Origin: Phoronis australis
Lineage: Eukaryota; Animalia; Phoronida
DNA length: 64,000 nt
Reading direction: 5' to 3'
Assembly: GCA_002633005.1 (NCBI GenBank)
Contig: NMRA01000055.1
Location: 1,163,736-1,227,735 of the forward strand
Position numbers and translations under genes: made by a program. Positions 51,160-64,000 of this stretch are shown in pieces (the stretch's first letter is position 1; every line of letters starts with the position of its first letter). Under the pieces are notes generated by a model that made no database searches, was not told the origin of the DNA, and worked only from the letters and a program-made list of their open reading frames with translations.

Positions 51160-53022
51160 AGACCTGCGGATTTAAGGGGGCTAATGATCCATGCCCCCCC
51201 CCTCAATTTTCCCAGATTCCATTTGGCAATTCAGGGTTGCCAATGTCTGATGGGCAGAATTCTAGCTAATAGTCTGGTGTACCCCCAACTGAAAATCCTG
51301 GATTCGCCCCTGTTATATGTAGCATTGAACTTTGGTTCACATAATCAAAGTCGGGATCAAGCCGAATCCTCTTTTTCGCTCTCATTACTCACTGAGAGCG
51401 CCAATATGAAAACCCTTATTACTCGTCTGACATAAAAATCTTAATGTCTAGTGTTTTTATACTTCAAGGCGGAGAGGAAGGCTGAATCAAAAGGCAGTTC
51501 CGCCGCTTATTAATGCAAATGTTCACAAAGGGCAACGTCCACGTCAGCTGTCTTACCCAGTATTTATCGTTGTATGACAAAAAACTGTAAAAAAGACTAT
51601 TTTTCCGGCCAATTAAGAGGGATCATCATGAGAGAACAGTCCCAAACGGCGGTTACGATGACAGATCTACAAATACAGATGGAGTACGATCAAATGCTGA
51701 GGAGGGTTTGCTTTTCAGGAGGTGAATCAGCCCATGAACACTGTATACACGTGTAATCCAATCACAGTGTTGTCAGTGTCATGCTTGTGCTGAAGCTGGA
51801 TTTAATGTGCGTCCGTGTACGGCGTAAGCAAGGTGTAGAATCGGACATTTCGATAGAGTCATAGTTAAATCAAACCTTATATACAATGCAATATTTTTGT
51901 ACTTTCAGTGTATTTTGTTTAATGTGTGCATCAATACATCAGATAATTCTTATTTTCCTCGTACCATATTCAACCGGTTCATGTCCCAGTCAGAGCACCA
52001 GATAGATTTTGAATATGAAAGAGCGAATCAGCCACGGGTCTCGATCTATTTACTGAGATGTCTGAACGTTGACGTTATTTCACGTGAATGACCCCCCGGC
52101 ATAACCAATGGAACAACGTTACTTTAGCATTCTTGCTGTTACGAATATCTCATTGACCGACTACATGTATTTATGTGATAATCGACTTTCAAGCCACCTC
52201 AGTTTAGGCGTACTCATTTTTCGTTAGTCAGTTTCATTTTTCTTTGGATGGGCAGCATTTTGCAATTTTTAAAAAGGTCAGTTGGAAAAATTCAGATCAA
52301 CATCATACGTTTCAGTTTTTGTTGCGGATGTTGAGCCAGTGTAGAGGCTGTTTATTTATGCAGTGGCGGATTTAGAGGGGGCCACGGGGCCATGGCCCCC
52401 CTAAAATTGTCCCAGATTCTGTTTGGAAGTTCAGGGGTACGAATGTCTGACGGGCCAAATCCTGACTAATACTCTGCCCTGGCTCCCCTAACTCAAGATT
52501 CTGGATCCACTTTTGTTCTGCATGTAAAGATACGCTTCCTTCACTACTCACGCATCACTGATTTTTCTTTTAATTTTTCGCTAAAAGTATTGTCTGTTCA
52601 GAGATGACTGTCTAGGAAAGATAATTGATTGTGAATGGACGTTGGAATCACGACTGTATATACACGCGTTAGCGCATGCAAACACGTACATTCATGCCAG
52701 TGGCGGATTTAGGGGGGGGGGGGGCAAGGGGGCCATGGCCCCCCTAAAATTCTACCAGATCCCATTTGTGAGTTCGGGTGCGAATTGTTGACTAGCACAT
52801 GCGCGCAACCAGGGGGGCTTGGGGATGAATAAACAACGCATACGCCATGAATAAACCCCGTTTACCGTTTAATTTTTCTTTTTTTTAGTCAACAGGTACG
52901 CAAACCCAAGAATTCGAGACCCCTGCATCCCTAGATTTTAGGCTGGGCTCGCGCGTCTACCGAAATACTGCTTATTCCTGTGCCCTGGCCTCCCTAACTC
53001 AAAATCCTGGATCCGCCCCTTC
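51160..53022. mobile_element. Cluster of three related CAGTGGCGGATTTA MITEs (about 51160-51313, 52361-52515, 52698-53022); the last has a nested insertion
   Basis: Shared internal CCCAGATTC(C/T)...GAATGTCTGA...AACTCAA(A/G)ATCCTGGATCCGCCCCT. The third copy is interrupted at about 52798-52956 by a CATGCGCGCA-family MITE. Confidence 0.7.
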
Positions 53023-53810
53023 ATGCAAGGCTTGCTGATATTGATTGAATCATCACAGGCGGATATCGGTGTTGACAATACAAAGAAAAGTTAGAGAGAT
53101 TCTGCTCAACCTAATATCTCACCTAAAACTGTTACTAATGATATATCAGAAGAGTTGTATCCTGTTAAGTAACAGTTATTTAAATCAGACTTAAGGGCAA
53201 AATTGTGGGAGGCCTCAGTGTTTTATTGAATCAGGCTGCAGTTGTCAAGATTATTTCAAAGACAAAGAATGCACATAATTCAAGACTCGGTCAGAAACAG
53301 ATAATTTCATACCTTGGCAATAAGAAGTCTTGTACGACCTGATTTTAACTCGTTTAGTTTACAGCACTTATGAAATTCACAAATACCCTCTACGGCGCGG
53401 TTGACACGACAGAAAAACGCTGTTGACATACCATTTTGATGTTTTATTTGCCATGAAAAGAACCCTAAGTCGATACTCTAACCGGTCGAGTTGTGCACCT
53501 CAGAATCTACCGGTTAAGATCAAAGATATCATGTTGTTGTTGTTAATTAATTCGTCTCAGACTGTTGATGTTATCATTCTCTAAATAATGAGACCCATCA
53601 CAAATTAACACTTTGGGGAATACGATAGTATTTTTAAATTTTCGTTTTGAAAGTTTGTAAATGGCATATTTGAATAGTTCGTGAAAAGCACACGTAATTA
53701 GGTTTATGAATTTTGGAAATTGGACGAGTAATGTGACTTTTGCTACCTAAAACGTTTGTTAAATGTTCCAATAATATGTTCCTCATCAATTCTACTGGGT
53801 GTGCAACATA

Positions 53811-55265
53811 ATTGGGCCAAGTACCCAACTACCAGGTAGCAGTTGGATTCTGAGGTACAATAGGCCGTTCGGTTTGCCTCATTCTGGAGAGTTATTTTTA
53901 TGTCCTTCACATGACACCGCGTCAAATAAAAATCTAGGCTTCAAATCAGCAGGACGTGAAGGGTCTCTGGGTCACAGAGACTATCCGTCATTTCCAGAGA
54001 GTCGTTTGATTTGTAGGTAGTTCTCCCATACTGTTGAAATTACTGCGCATTATTGACAGCCGCCGTTGTTTGCCAACAGTTTGGAAGTACCACGAAGAGA
54101 CGCTTTATAGTTTCCGTAACTGCACGTTCACTTTCATCCTCCAACCAGAATGGCCTAATGAGCCCATGTTTCGATCTTGTCAGGTGATCGTTATACTATT
54201 TAGTAGTGGAATGAAGTGGCCTCTGAGTTCATGTGTTTAGACAATAAAACAGAGCTTCATCAGACTACCATGGGTGACGCACCATAGGGCGCGGGGTGGG
54301 GGACTATAGCTCCCCACTTCTTTTAGTGACATAGGCGGCGCACCATAGGAGCCTTTGGGGCTATATCCTCCACTTATTTTATTGCTGTGCCCCCATGAAT
54401 ACCATTTGTCATCCAAGAAGTCGGGCCACAACAATCATCTCAGTTTGTCTCAACATGCATGCACGTTTCCGCAGAAAACGTTATTTCTGCAACTGTTCAA
54501 AGCATCTTGTAAAAAACCTGCTCAAAACGTTCACACAGGTGCATGCGCACACACATGGGGGGGGGGCTCGAAGGAGTCCCCCCATTTGGCGAAGTGGGCA
54601 TAAAGGTCCGCCCCTGAGAAACAAAAAGTACGAGAAAATGGTACAAAAGGGCACTAAATAAGCAAAAAAAGGTGCACCCGGTTTTTTATTTTTATTTTTT
54701 TTAGTTCGCCCGCTTTTTCGTTACCAAGAGGTCCACTACGTCAGAAATCCGAGCCCCCCCATATTGAAGGCTGGGTGCGCGCATGCAGGTGTACACTGGT
54801 TTTCCTAATCAAAACACAATTGTTGACGTGTTCATGTGCGTCATGTTTTTGGTCACCCGATACATGTACATGTACATAGATGTATTATCGCCACGGTCAT
54901 TTCAAAGGTCAATCAGTCTTATCTATCAAGGATGGACAAAGAACAATAGGCCGATACGTCACGTTGCGATAAAATTCCCTGAATTCGGATTTAGCCGAAC
55001 GTGAAAGTACTGACGCATAACTATACATTCTGTTTCTCTTGTGCTGCGTCCTCTCGACATCTAACAACAAGAAATACATATACTGTACGTCAACCTAAGT
55101 CGGTCAACAAACGAGGCAACGTTGCGACTGCGCAGAAATGGGTGAGTAACTTACATGTATATCGACTGTGAATAGCGACAAAATTTGGTTCACAGCTATG
55201 TGCGAATCCATAGGAATTATGTGTCACGACTCGGACAAAAATTTCGTGAAAAACGTTGTAGACGT
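53811..55265. repeat. Copy A of a ~1.45-kb near-identical duplication (probably the alternative haplotype); ends in the first 68 nt of the TIR paralogue 2 CDS
   Basis: Colinear with 55760-57176 and ends exactly at the N at 55266. Confidence 0.9.
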
Positions 55266-55266
55266 N

Positions 55267-55759
55267 CCATTGGGATTGGATTGTAATCTTAACTCATTAA
55301 CCTGTATCGAGTTGACAGCATAAAAATTCAGCATTGATTGATGTAACTGTCACTGATAAACTTTTAGAAATCATTCCAAACAATAATAATGCTTTGATGT
55401 ACGAAAGATCTCGATTGCTACGTCAAGTATCGTATCACATATCACAACATATAAAGATTAACCAGACTCTGGCTGGCGACTGACTGCCGCGAAGTCGACA
55501 TCGGCGAGTGCCTCAGTTAACAGGCATCGGTAGAATAATCATGGAATAATCGTAAAAATAATCACAAACCTTACCTTTGTATGAGGTCGTGCTTACTTCC
55601 TCTCATAGAAGCACCCTTTTTACGCAATCTCAGATTCAGTTGGCACGGCTGCAAGCCATTTCACCATGTATTTAAAGGGCTCGCAAAATCGAGGCTGTTA
55701 ATCTATCACCACTAGTACACGCACGCCCTCTAGTTATTGTAGATTTTCCGAATAGCCCC
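55267..55759. mobile_element. Terminal fragment of a DNA transposon related to 32978-33562
   Basis: Ends ATCACCACTAGTACA...CCGAATAGCCCC|AT. The empty site in copy A is TAATTG (53809-53814). Confidence 0.55.
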
Positions 55760-57108
55760 ATTGGGCCAACCACCAAACCACCAGGCAGCAGTTGGATTCT
55801 GAGGTACAATAGGCCGGGCGGTTTACCTCATTCTGGAGAGTTATTTTTATGTCCTTCACATGACATCGCGGCAAATAAAAATCTAGGCTTCAAATCAGCA
55901 GGACTTGAAAGGTTTCTGGGTCACAGAGACGATCCGTCATTTCCAGAGAGTCGTTTATTTGTAGGTAGTTCTTTCATACAGTTTGTACTGTTGAAATTAC
56001 TGCACATTATTGACAGCCGCCGTTGTTTGCCAACAGTTTGGAAGTACCACGAAGAGACGCTTTATAGTTTCCGTGACTGCACGTTCATTTTCATCCTCCA
56101 ACCAGAATGAAGTGGCCTCCGAGTTCATGTGTTTAGACAATAAAACAGAGCTTCATCAGACTACCATGGGTGGCGCACCATAGGGCGCGGGGTGGGGGGC
56201 TATAGCTCCCCACTTCGTTTAGTGCCGCGTCGCCCATGTTCACATAGGCGGCGCACCATAGGAGCCTTGGGGGCTATATCCTCCACTTATTTTATTGCTG
56301 TGCCCCCATGAATACCATTTGTCATCCAAGAAGTCGGGCCACAACAATCATCGCAGTTTGTCTCAACATGCATGTACGTTTCCTCAGAAAACGTTTTTTC
56401 TGCAACTGTTCAAAGCATCTTGTAAAAAACCTGCTCAAAACGTTCACACAGGTCCATGCGCACACACAAGGGGGGGGGGGGGCTCGAAGGAGTCCCCCCA
56501 TTTGGCGAAGTGGGCATAAAGGTCCGCCCCTGAGAAACAAAAAAGTACGAGAAAATGGTACAAAAGGGCACTTAACAAGCACAAAAAAGGTGCATTCAGT
56601 TTTTTATTTTGATTTTATTTTTTTAGTTCGCCCGCTTTTTCGTTACCAAGAGGCCCACTACGTCAGGAATCCACGCCCCCCATATTGAAGGCTGGGTGCG
56701 CGCATGCAGGTGTACACTGGTTTTCCTAATCAAAACACAATTGTTGACGTGTTCATGTGCGTCATGTTTTTGGTCACCCGATACATGTACATGTACATAG
56801 ATGTATTATCGCCACGGTCATTTCAAAGGTCAATCAGTCTTATCTATCAAGGATGGACAAAGAACAATAGGCCGATACGTCACGTTGCGATAAAATTCCC
56901 TGAATTCGGATTTAGCCGAACGGGATAGTAGTGACGCATAACTATACATTCTGTTTCTCTTGTGCTGCGTCCTCTCGACATCTAGCAACAAGAAATGCTT
57001 ATACTGTACGCCAACCTGAGTCGGTCAACAAACGAGGCAACGCTGCGACTGCGCATGTAACTTACATGTATATCGACTGTGAATAGCGACAAAATTTGGT
57101 TAACAGCT

Positions 57109-60100
57109 ATGTGCGAATCCATAGGAATTATGTATCACGACTCGGACGAAAACTTCGTGAAAAACGTTGTAGACGTTCTTGAAGGACCATTCTTTAACTC
57201 AAACTGCGTGTTCGCCAGTCGAGACATAGCATTCAGCACTGGGCCGGTAACATTCCAGTATGAATTTTTAGAACACTTTCTGCAAAATCTCACTAAGTTT
57301 GTGATCGTTTTATCCAACAATTTTCTCTCATCGCACCAAAGTCAGCATGATCTGGAAGCCTTCTACTGTCGCTTCGGTCAAGGAAACTGCAAAGTTGTGT
57401 TCGTGAAGAATGACGATCTGATCGACTTGCCGTTTAGGCTTCAAGCACTGGAGAACAAACAGGCAAAATTCATCAAAGCGAGTAAAGACAGAGGGCATCT
57501 CGATGTAGCCAAAGCTATCTGCAGAGCGTTATCAGGTAAAAATTTTCCGTTACTATTTGCATCTTTCAAGCTGTGCAGAACATACCTACTCTTTTAGATG
57601 ACCCCAACAAACCCCCGCCCCTCATAACGAATAATTTCAAAGTACATTTTTCCTAGAAATATTTACTTACTAAGTGACTGATTTCTACCGATATTTTCAA
57701 AAATAGTACGCCAAACATTATTGGCATATATAGACGCTTAGGAGAGAGCCCAGGTTGCCCGCCCCACATCCCCGAGCGTGTTAAAAACGCCGCCCATGAC
57801 GGTGTTGGGGTTAAGCGAACAATTTTCTCGCTACATCCTAGTGGCGCCGCCAGTATACTAAACGATCCCTAAAAAGTTTAAAAGGCGTTTGAGATATATG
57901 ATATTATAGCCCCAAAAGCAAATAAACATTTTATCCAGGTTACGAAATGTAAGTGTTCATCAGTCTATTTAAAAATCTCTATGTTTTATTGCAAACGCGA
58001 CATAGAAGTATGACCCAGGTAAACAGTAATAAACTTATCGAACTTAAAGCATAACTTGTTCCGTTAACTAAAAGAGGCAGGGAATGCGAAAGCTAGTCAA
58101 GCATAACGAAAGTACCCTCTTGCAACATCCATTAATGAGTAATTCACTTGCCCCTGTGAGGAAATTGTCAGAAAAAAATCATAAAATTCACTATTTTTGA
58201 AATACGCGCTAAGGAAAAACTATGTGGTCACCACACAGTTTCTAATTTCCCTCCCATTTTTGATAAATGCTCGCATGCACTCATAATCAGTTGCTTGAAG
58301 TCGCTTGAAGTCAAAGATCACATTTCCATGTAAAGGAAACTTAAACCAAAAGAAAAATGCTTAAATTCTACCAACATAAATTTAAATTCTATGCTAACAA
58401 ACCCTAAAATTCCCAGGTGAGCAGGTTGAATTCTGTTTCAGTGGCAAATAACGACTTACAATATTGCAATTTAGTCTGTTTATTGCGTTCCAGGCCGCTT
58501 TAAGTTAACATTTCACTGAAGATTTGAGACTCTAAACAAATTTCATAGACAAAAGGAAGCAACTCCGATATTATTCCTAAGAAATTCCTCAGGAGGCGCC
58601 ACTCTCTTCCGGTACATATCGAGTTGAGCATCGACGAGTAAGCGCGTGTAGAGAACTAGCAAACAAATCAATTTTCACATTGTGGGGAGCCCGATAAAAA
58701 TTCAGATTTCAAGTAAGTGGCAAACAGCGCTTGATGTTATATTCATGTCACCAGTGGCCTACGAATACTGCTTGTATGTTTCGACATAGAACTGTGATCT
58801 TTCGGATTATTCCTGAAGATAACTTTCATCTCTAGCATCGCGACTTCGCAAAGCTGCCGATGCCAGGGTATCAGTGGACTTCAAAAGCGAGGCCACGACC
58901 TTGCAAATTACTGGATAATTACCGTCTGACATCATCGATAACAATGTGCTTCAAATTTGACCATATATCGATACAAAGTTCTCAGGAAGACAAACGCGAA
59001 GTTTGTGACAATCATGAATACGTTGGAAATGGCTTAATTGCTACCATAAGCAATCTATTCGATATATTTCAAAAGTATTGGTTTTATCAGGCCTAGTTTT
59101 CCCGTCTACGTGCTGGGAAAACACACGTGTATTTGTTTGTTCAAATTACAAATAAAATATTCAAGATTGTAGACGAAACTTCAACGCAGTGAGAATATAG
59201 GCTACTGAACGTGTTGCCTGCCATAGCAGACATCAAATGGAATTAAGAGTAGTGAACAACTATTGTTAAAGGAGACCGATATGTGATCTTGGGAAGACCA
59301 GTCTACGGCTCATATTTAACGACCAATCACAAGCCAGAATAGATCGGAGCAATCTAGGCTCTGCAATTAATTACGGTACAATGTACTTGTTCAATGTAAA
59401 ACACCGAGCGCCGCTAGCAAATAGTTGCGATCCGGCCGATAGTAAAACCAAAAAGGCTTGTGTTTGGTGGCAACTATTGCATTGCTGGTTGCTGCTTGTG
59501 CGCGAGATAGGATATCTTGTGCAAGTGTTAGCGGTCAATAAGACGTTTATAGTCTTTGCGCAAACCTGAATTCAACGAAAACTTAATCCCACGTCATTTG
59601 ATTACCATAACGTCAACTGTTGCTCAAAGACAAACATGTTTTGAAATTTGGGGTGGGTTGCATAAATCTTTAAAACTGATGAGTTGGACAGGTTTGATTG
59701 TAGCACAACTTCAAATGTCTTGTCCGACAGTTGTCTGAAGTGTCACGTGGTAATGCGACGCCACTGAACTTTGCTACCCAGCATACGACGTTTGTGTAAC
59801 TGGAGCGCGGTGGTCTATCGGGGATCACTCATATTGACAAGGTGCCCGCAGGCGTGTACCAAAATTTGCTGCCAGAGAGACCCCCTATCGTAGGTGCCAG
59901 GTCTGCTTATTCTCACCCCCTTTTGGGGGCTGAGGCCAATGCAGTGGGTCTTTTGCGGGGACGAAATGAAAATTTAGAGGACTACTGGACCCCGCGCAGG
60001 TGCTGCAAAACTGGTTGAAAAAGTACTGCCTACCTGCAATTTTTGGTCACGCCTGCGGGCGCCTTGTCAATATGAGTGGCCCTTTTGGGGGTGGTCTACC

Positions 60101-60583
60101 AACAGAATGGCCGCTGCAGCTGAATGTCACTGCGAAACTTACTGTTTTACACTTTCATTACAAGATGTGAAGTGTTATCTGTTTGAATCATATTCCTTTC
60201 ACTTTGGCGAGAATTTCTCTGTGTCCTGAATTGGTATAAACAAAAGAAGTTTGAGACCTTACAAACACATAGCAACTGATTACAGTATGTTGCGTTGATA
60301 TTCAGTTATTGCACTGCAGGCAAAGAATGTCATTTTATGAACGTGATTTATAAGCATTTGATACGAGTCGTGTCCCCTTTTAAATGCCAAGGCAAGGTTT
60401 TATGCTTTAACTCGCACGTGGGCAAACGTTTCCTGAAAAACGGAATTTGCGTTAATCTGTGGTTAGGTAATAGTATTTTGCTTGATTTAGATGACGCGGC
60501 TAGAGTGTTAGAGTTCCCGCTGCAAAGTTACACGTTTGTCTTCGGTGATAAAGAGGGCGCTGTGCACGAAGTCAGTTTGGGTG
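57109..60583 (+). CDS. TIR-domain protein paralogue 2 (exons 1-2 only; the rest is presumably beyond the window)
   Basis: Exon 57109-57535 is 427 nt, the same length and phase-1 donor as paralogue 1, with about 71/142 identical residues by hand alignment. Exon 60491-60583 (DAARVLEFPLQSYTFVFGDKEGAVHEVSLG) matches EAGRISEFPLNKYKFVFGSCKDGDVHEGGPT. Confidence 0.8.
59826..60078. mobile_element. MITE with CACTC termini (CACTA/EnSpm-like)
   Basis: TIR of about 38 bp: CACTCATATTGACAAGGTGCCCGCAGGCGTG...CACGCCTGCGGGCGCCTTGTCAATATGAGTG. No TSD is evident. Confidence 0.7.
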
Positions 60584-63169
60584 GTGAGTAATGACTGTGA
60601 ACACATGATCAGTTTGTTTATTCAGAAATCATCTAGTAAAGGATCATTCAATGGCAAATAGATAAAAATTACATTTTGAGTCTCTAGACGAGTGTTGCTC
60701 TCTTTAGTCTTTTTAAATATTAAAATATTTGTAGGAAGGCCACATCATTTTTATTTAATTATCCAATTAGACGCTTTGTAACATGATTATGTTATGTTTT
60801 TGGACTTATTGTCTTCCATCAGATTCCGAGAAAGAACTTGGTCAGAGGTGTGTTTCATGAAAAGTAACTTAAGACAGAATATTGCACTTAGGCTTAGGCT
60901 TTGTATTGCTGAATAAAATTTTGGCCACGTAATTATGAGCGCATCACAGTCTGGAAGTAATTCATAGAAAATATCTCGGTAACTAGCAGCCCATGTGTAC
61001 ACTGTATGCTCTCAGCCACTTTCCACTTTTGCTCACTTGAGATTTAATTGCTTTACAAAAACGTGGAGTGCAGGACCTAATTTCTGTCTCAAGCCACTTG
61101 AAAGTCATTTTTTATGAACCAGGCCTGTAGTCACGAACCTTGAACATTTTTAAACGCGATTTACTGGCTCTAAAATGGTACGGCGTATTTACAAAGCGTA
61201 TCGGAGAGATTTGAGCTAGACGCATTAACCGTTGCGTGCGAGCGAATGATCCCCCACCACCATTTCGTTGCCAATTTTTCAGAAATCCCCGTTCCTGTAG
61301 TATTGTAGTACTTTTCCACAAAAGGCGCCTGCGTGTAACGGAATATTTGACAATTGAGGTTTAAAACGGCACAAATGTGTTCAGTGCAAGTAGCGGATGC
61401 GGTATAATTGCAGTATTTTTGCACCACGCCGTAACACTACAAAAACGGCATGAAACAAAGCGAATACGGAAAAACTGCAGAGGTTGACTTGTGGGCGAAG
61501 TACTTGACTTTCACACAGCGATTTTGTGTAGCCTTACACATGTCATCCCGAGTTCTTCGCATAAATACACAGCCCAGGTGCGGAACTAGTATGACTGTTG
61601 AGCTTGAACGTGGGCCAAATGATTAAAGTTAAGGTACAAATCCCCTTTTTATTTTTTGCAGTAATTGACATATACCTTCGCTATTCATCGTAACTTGAGC
61701 TTGCTTAATTGTACGCGACGCTCTGGAACACGGCTCAATCACGTTTTTGGTGATCAGAGTCTGAATTTTCAGCGCGTAAGGACATGAGCGGTGTTTCTCA
61801 GTTTTCCATGAGCCAAAAGTGGAGATGCCTGGGATGTGCGAAATAACTCCACACTCTCTTAGTACAGCTGTCTTTGGGCCTTAGCGTCAAGCGGATGTAC
61901 ATCCACAAACTAGGAACTTGCGAAAAAATCTAAATTGGTGACAAGCTCCGTTTGTATTTATTAAAACACTTTGGTTTCCGTGTGGTTCGAATGTGGAGTA
62001 ACTGGAGGTCACAATACTGATGTCTGTGTAAACAGTGAAGGATTACCCCGTTATACCTACATGTATTGCTGATACACTGCTTATGACGTCAAACACACGC
62101 AGCTACTGACATGTAACCTCGCTGGTTCCCTGCGTGCCGCTAGGTGGGGCGGTAGCCGCGCCAGCACGCAGGTATCACTTAAATTTCCTCTGTAAATTTT
62201 TTTACACCGGCGTTTCTGATTGGCTAGTCGATTCGTCAACAGGCAGCGCTTTGCGTAAACAAACTGGCATGGCTGATGGACTGAAGTGTAAATGTGGTCT
62301 GTTGTACAGACAAACCGGTGCTTAAAATTATGTTCAGGAAATGTGAAGCCTAGAAATTGTGATTGAGCCTTTTCGGAATGCATCTTTCTACTGTCGATGA
62401 CTTTTGTTTACAATAGTGTCCTTATACAGTATGAATAACACACCGTAATATGTGTTTATTGTGCATGTATGTGCTTCAAGCACGCAGCTATTAAACATCA
62501 CTGCACAAACGAAATAGTTGCTGCGACGCCACTTACATGACAAGGCTAAAATCATTCACAGTCTGCCATTTTTTCACGGTGTTGTAAAGCTAACCAATGA
62601 CTGCAAAGATTACACCGACCAATGCTAAAGCGCGTGCCACTGCGTGATACCTGCGTGCGTGCTGGCTGGGCTAAGCACGCAGGGAACCAGCGAGACATGT
62701 AACCTGCGCGCGGGCATTTGAGCGCGAATTACAAATGGCGAGTGAATGGCTAGACTTTTAAAAAGACGTCTGAAGATTATTGATGTCAGGAATTTAGTAT
62801 ACCAGGTAATGAAAGTATGCGCGCACCCAGCCTTTAGTTTGGGAGGGCTCGAATTTCTGACCAAGTGGACCTTTTGCTAACAAAAAAGCTTGAGAACTAA
62901 ATAAAGACGGGGTACCACCTTCAGCACTGGGAACTGTGAGTCTGCGCCTTTTTAGTGGACTTTTGTCTCGCTTCCACGGACTTTTGTTTCTCTGAGGCGG
63001 ACCTTTTTGCCCACTTCGCCAAGGGGGGCTCGTTCAAGCCGAGCCCCCCTGGGTGCGCGCATGGAAAGGGCTAATTTGTTAGCATTGAAACCGGATTTGT
63101 ACTTTTAACTGCACCAATATATCCATCACTATCTCATTTCATGAGCGAGGTTTACAAAATGTCTACATA

Positions 63170-64000
63170 GGGGCCTACTCTTATATACATTGTCTTTTTC
63201 AAAGAAGGCTGTCGCCAACATGACATTTTGGACATCCAGACTTCAGTAGTGACCTTCGTACGTGGCTCTCCAAACGCCATACTGGGCAAGGGTGTCCAAC
63301 TTTGTTACTCAGGCCACAACAGACTAGATATCGTCGTTGAGGTAGGCATAAGTATTGTGACTTTACTTTGAAATGTCGTACTGTTTAGACATGTCTCGTT
63401 TGGTGTATCCTCCACAATTGTTTTCACCCTAGGATTGATTGATCTAACCATTTATCTGTGTTTGCAATCTAGTTATATTCCTCTGTCTTCAAGGGTTAAT
63501 AGTCACACACTTTCAGAATACGAAGACGAGAGCGCTTCACGAAACACTACTGCCTCCCGTTCAGGAACGCTAGGACCACGCTAAAAAGCAAGACTTCGCG
63601 AGATTACGTGAGATATTGCCGTGCATTTTAAATAAGAACACGTGACTTTGAATAGGTTTTATCTAGGTACTAGCGTAGGTCCAGTAGCGTCTACTGAACG
63701 CACGCCAGCCTCCCGTTCAGTAACGCTAGGACCTCGCTAAAAAGCAAGACTTCGCGAGATTACATGTACGTGAGAAATTGCCGTGTATTTTAAATGAGAG
63801 CACGAGATCTTGACTAGATTTTAGCTAGGTCCTAGCGTCTACTGAACGCACGCCAGGCTTCTACTTCACGCCTGTTATTCCCGGACATGTTTAGGGAGTA
63901 TTAATCAGCATGCCGTGTGCCTGTTTGGGGTTTGAAAACCCCGTACCACTCAGTAGGGACTTTATTTGTTACCTATCAAAAGGGTCATCTGGAATCGTGG
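63170..64000 (-). pseudogene. Second, more decayed copy of the antisense coding sequence, in intron 2 of TIR paralogue 2
   Basis: The minus strand gives YAYLNDDI*SVVA*VTKLDTLAQYGVWRATYEGHY*SLDVQN and, further upstream, VKRSRLRILKV...KQLWRIHQTRHV. It has several stops and is interrupted by a MITE at 63552-63858. Confidence 0.6.
63552..63858. mobile_element. Tandem dimer of a ~155-bp MITE (short relative near 48586-48660)
   Basis: GCCTCCCGTTCAG(G/T)AACGCTAGGACC...GGT(A/C)CTAGCGT...CTACTGAACGCACGCCAG occurs twice, head to tail. Confidence 0.75.

Noticed and set aside
54355-56928. Duplicated short ORFs (for example 54395-54661 and 56308-56688)
   Set aside because: They run through MITEs and differ by frameshifts between the copies. 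No coding signal.
60295-60490. 5' part of the 98-aa ORF at 60295-60591
   Set aside because: Protein homology with paralogue 1 starts only at the shared acceptor (CTTGATTYAG). The upstream part is intron, and paralogue 1 has a stop there.

Overview
Intron-rich, AT-rich animal genomic DNA, probably from a highly heterozygous marine invertebrate (inferred from gene structure, MITE content and allelic divergence). I built five spliced gene models by hand, all with phase-consistent GT-AG junctions: (1) a PX-domain SGK3-type kinase (minus strand, 3' end outside the window); (2) IFT52 (plus, complete, about 435 aa), head-to-head with SGK3; (3) a SAMD15-like SAM protein (minus, about 160 aa); (4, 5) two diverged tandem paralogues of an uncharacterised N-terminal TIR protein. 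The complete paralogue (about 581 aa) appears to continue into a ZU5/UPA-like module. It has Asp where TIR NADases have the catalytic Glu, and it lies behind an NF-kB/IRF-motif promoter shared with SAMD15. Both paralogues carry a decayed antisense gene in intron 2. Two near-identical tandem duplications each end exactly at a single N and restart right after a related transposon end, so they are most likely the two alleles assembled in tandem. Other elements: two hammerhead-like loci, a 24-bp repeat that multiplies a kinase splice donor in frame, a four-fold X-box array, piggyBac and Merlin-like remnants, and many MITEs. All domain calls are by eye; no searches were run.
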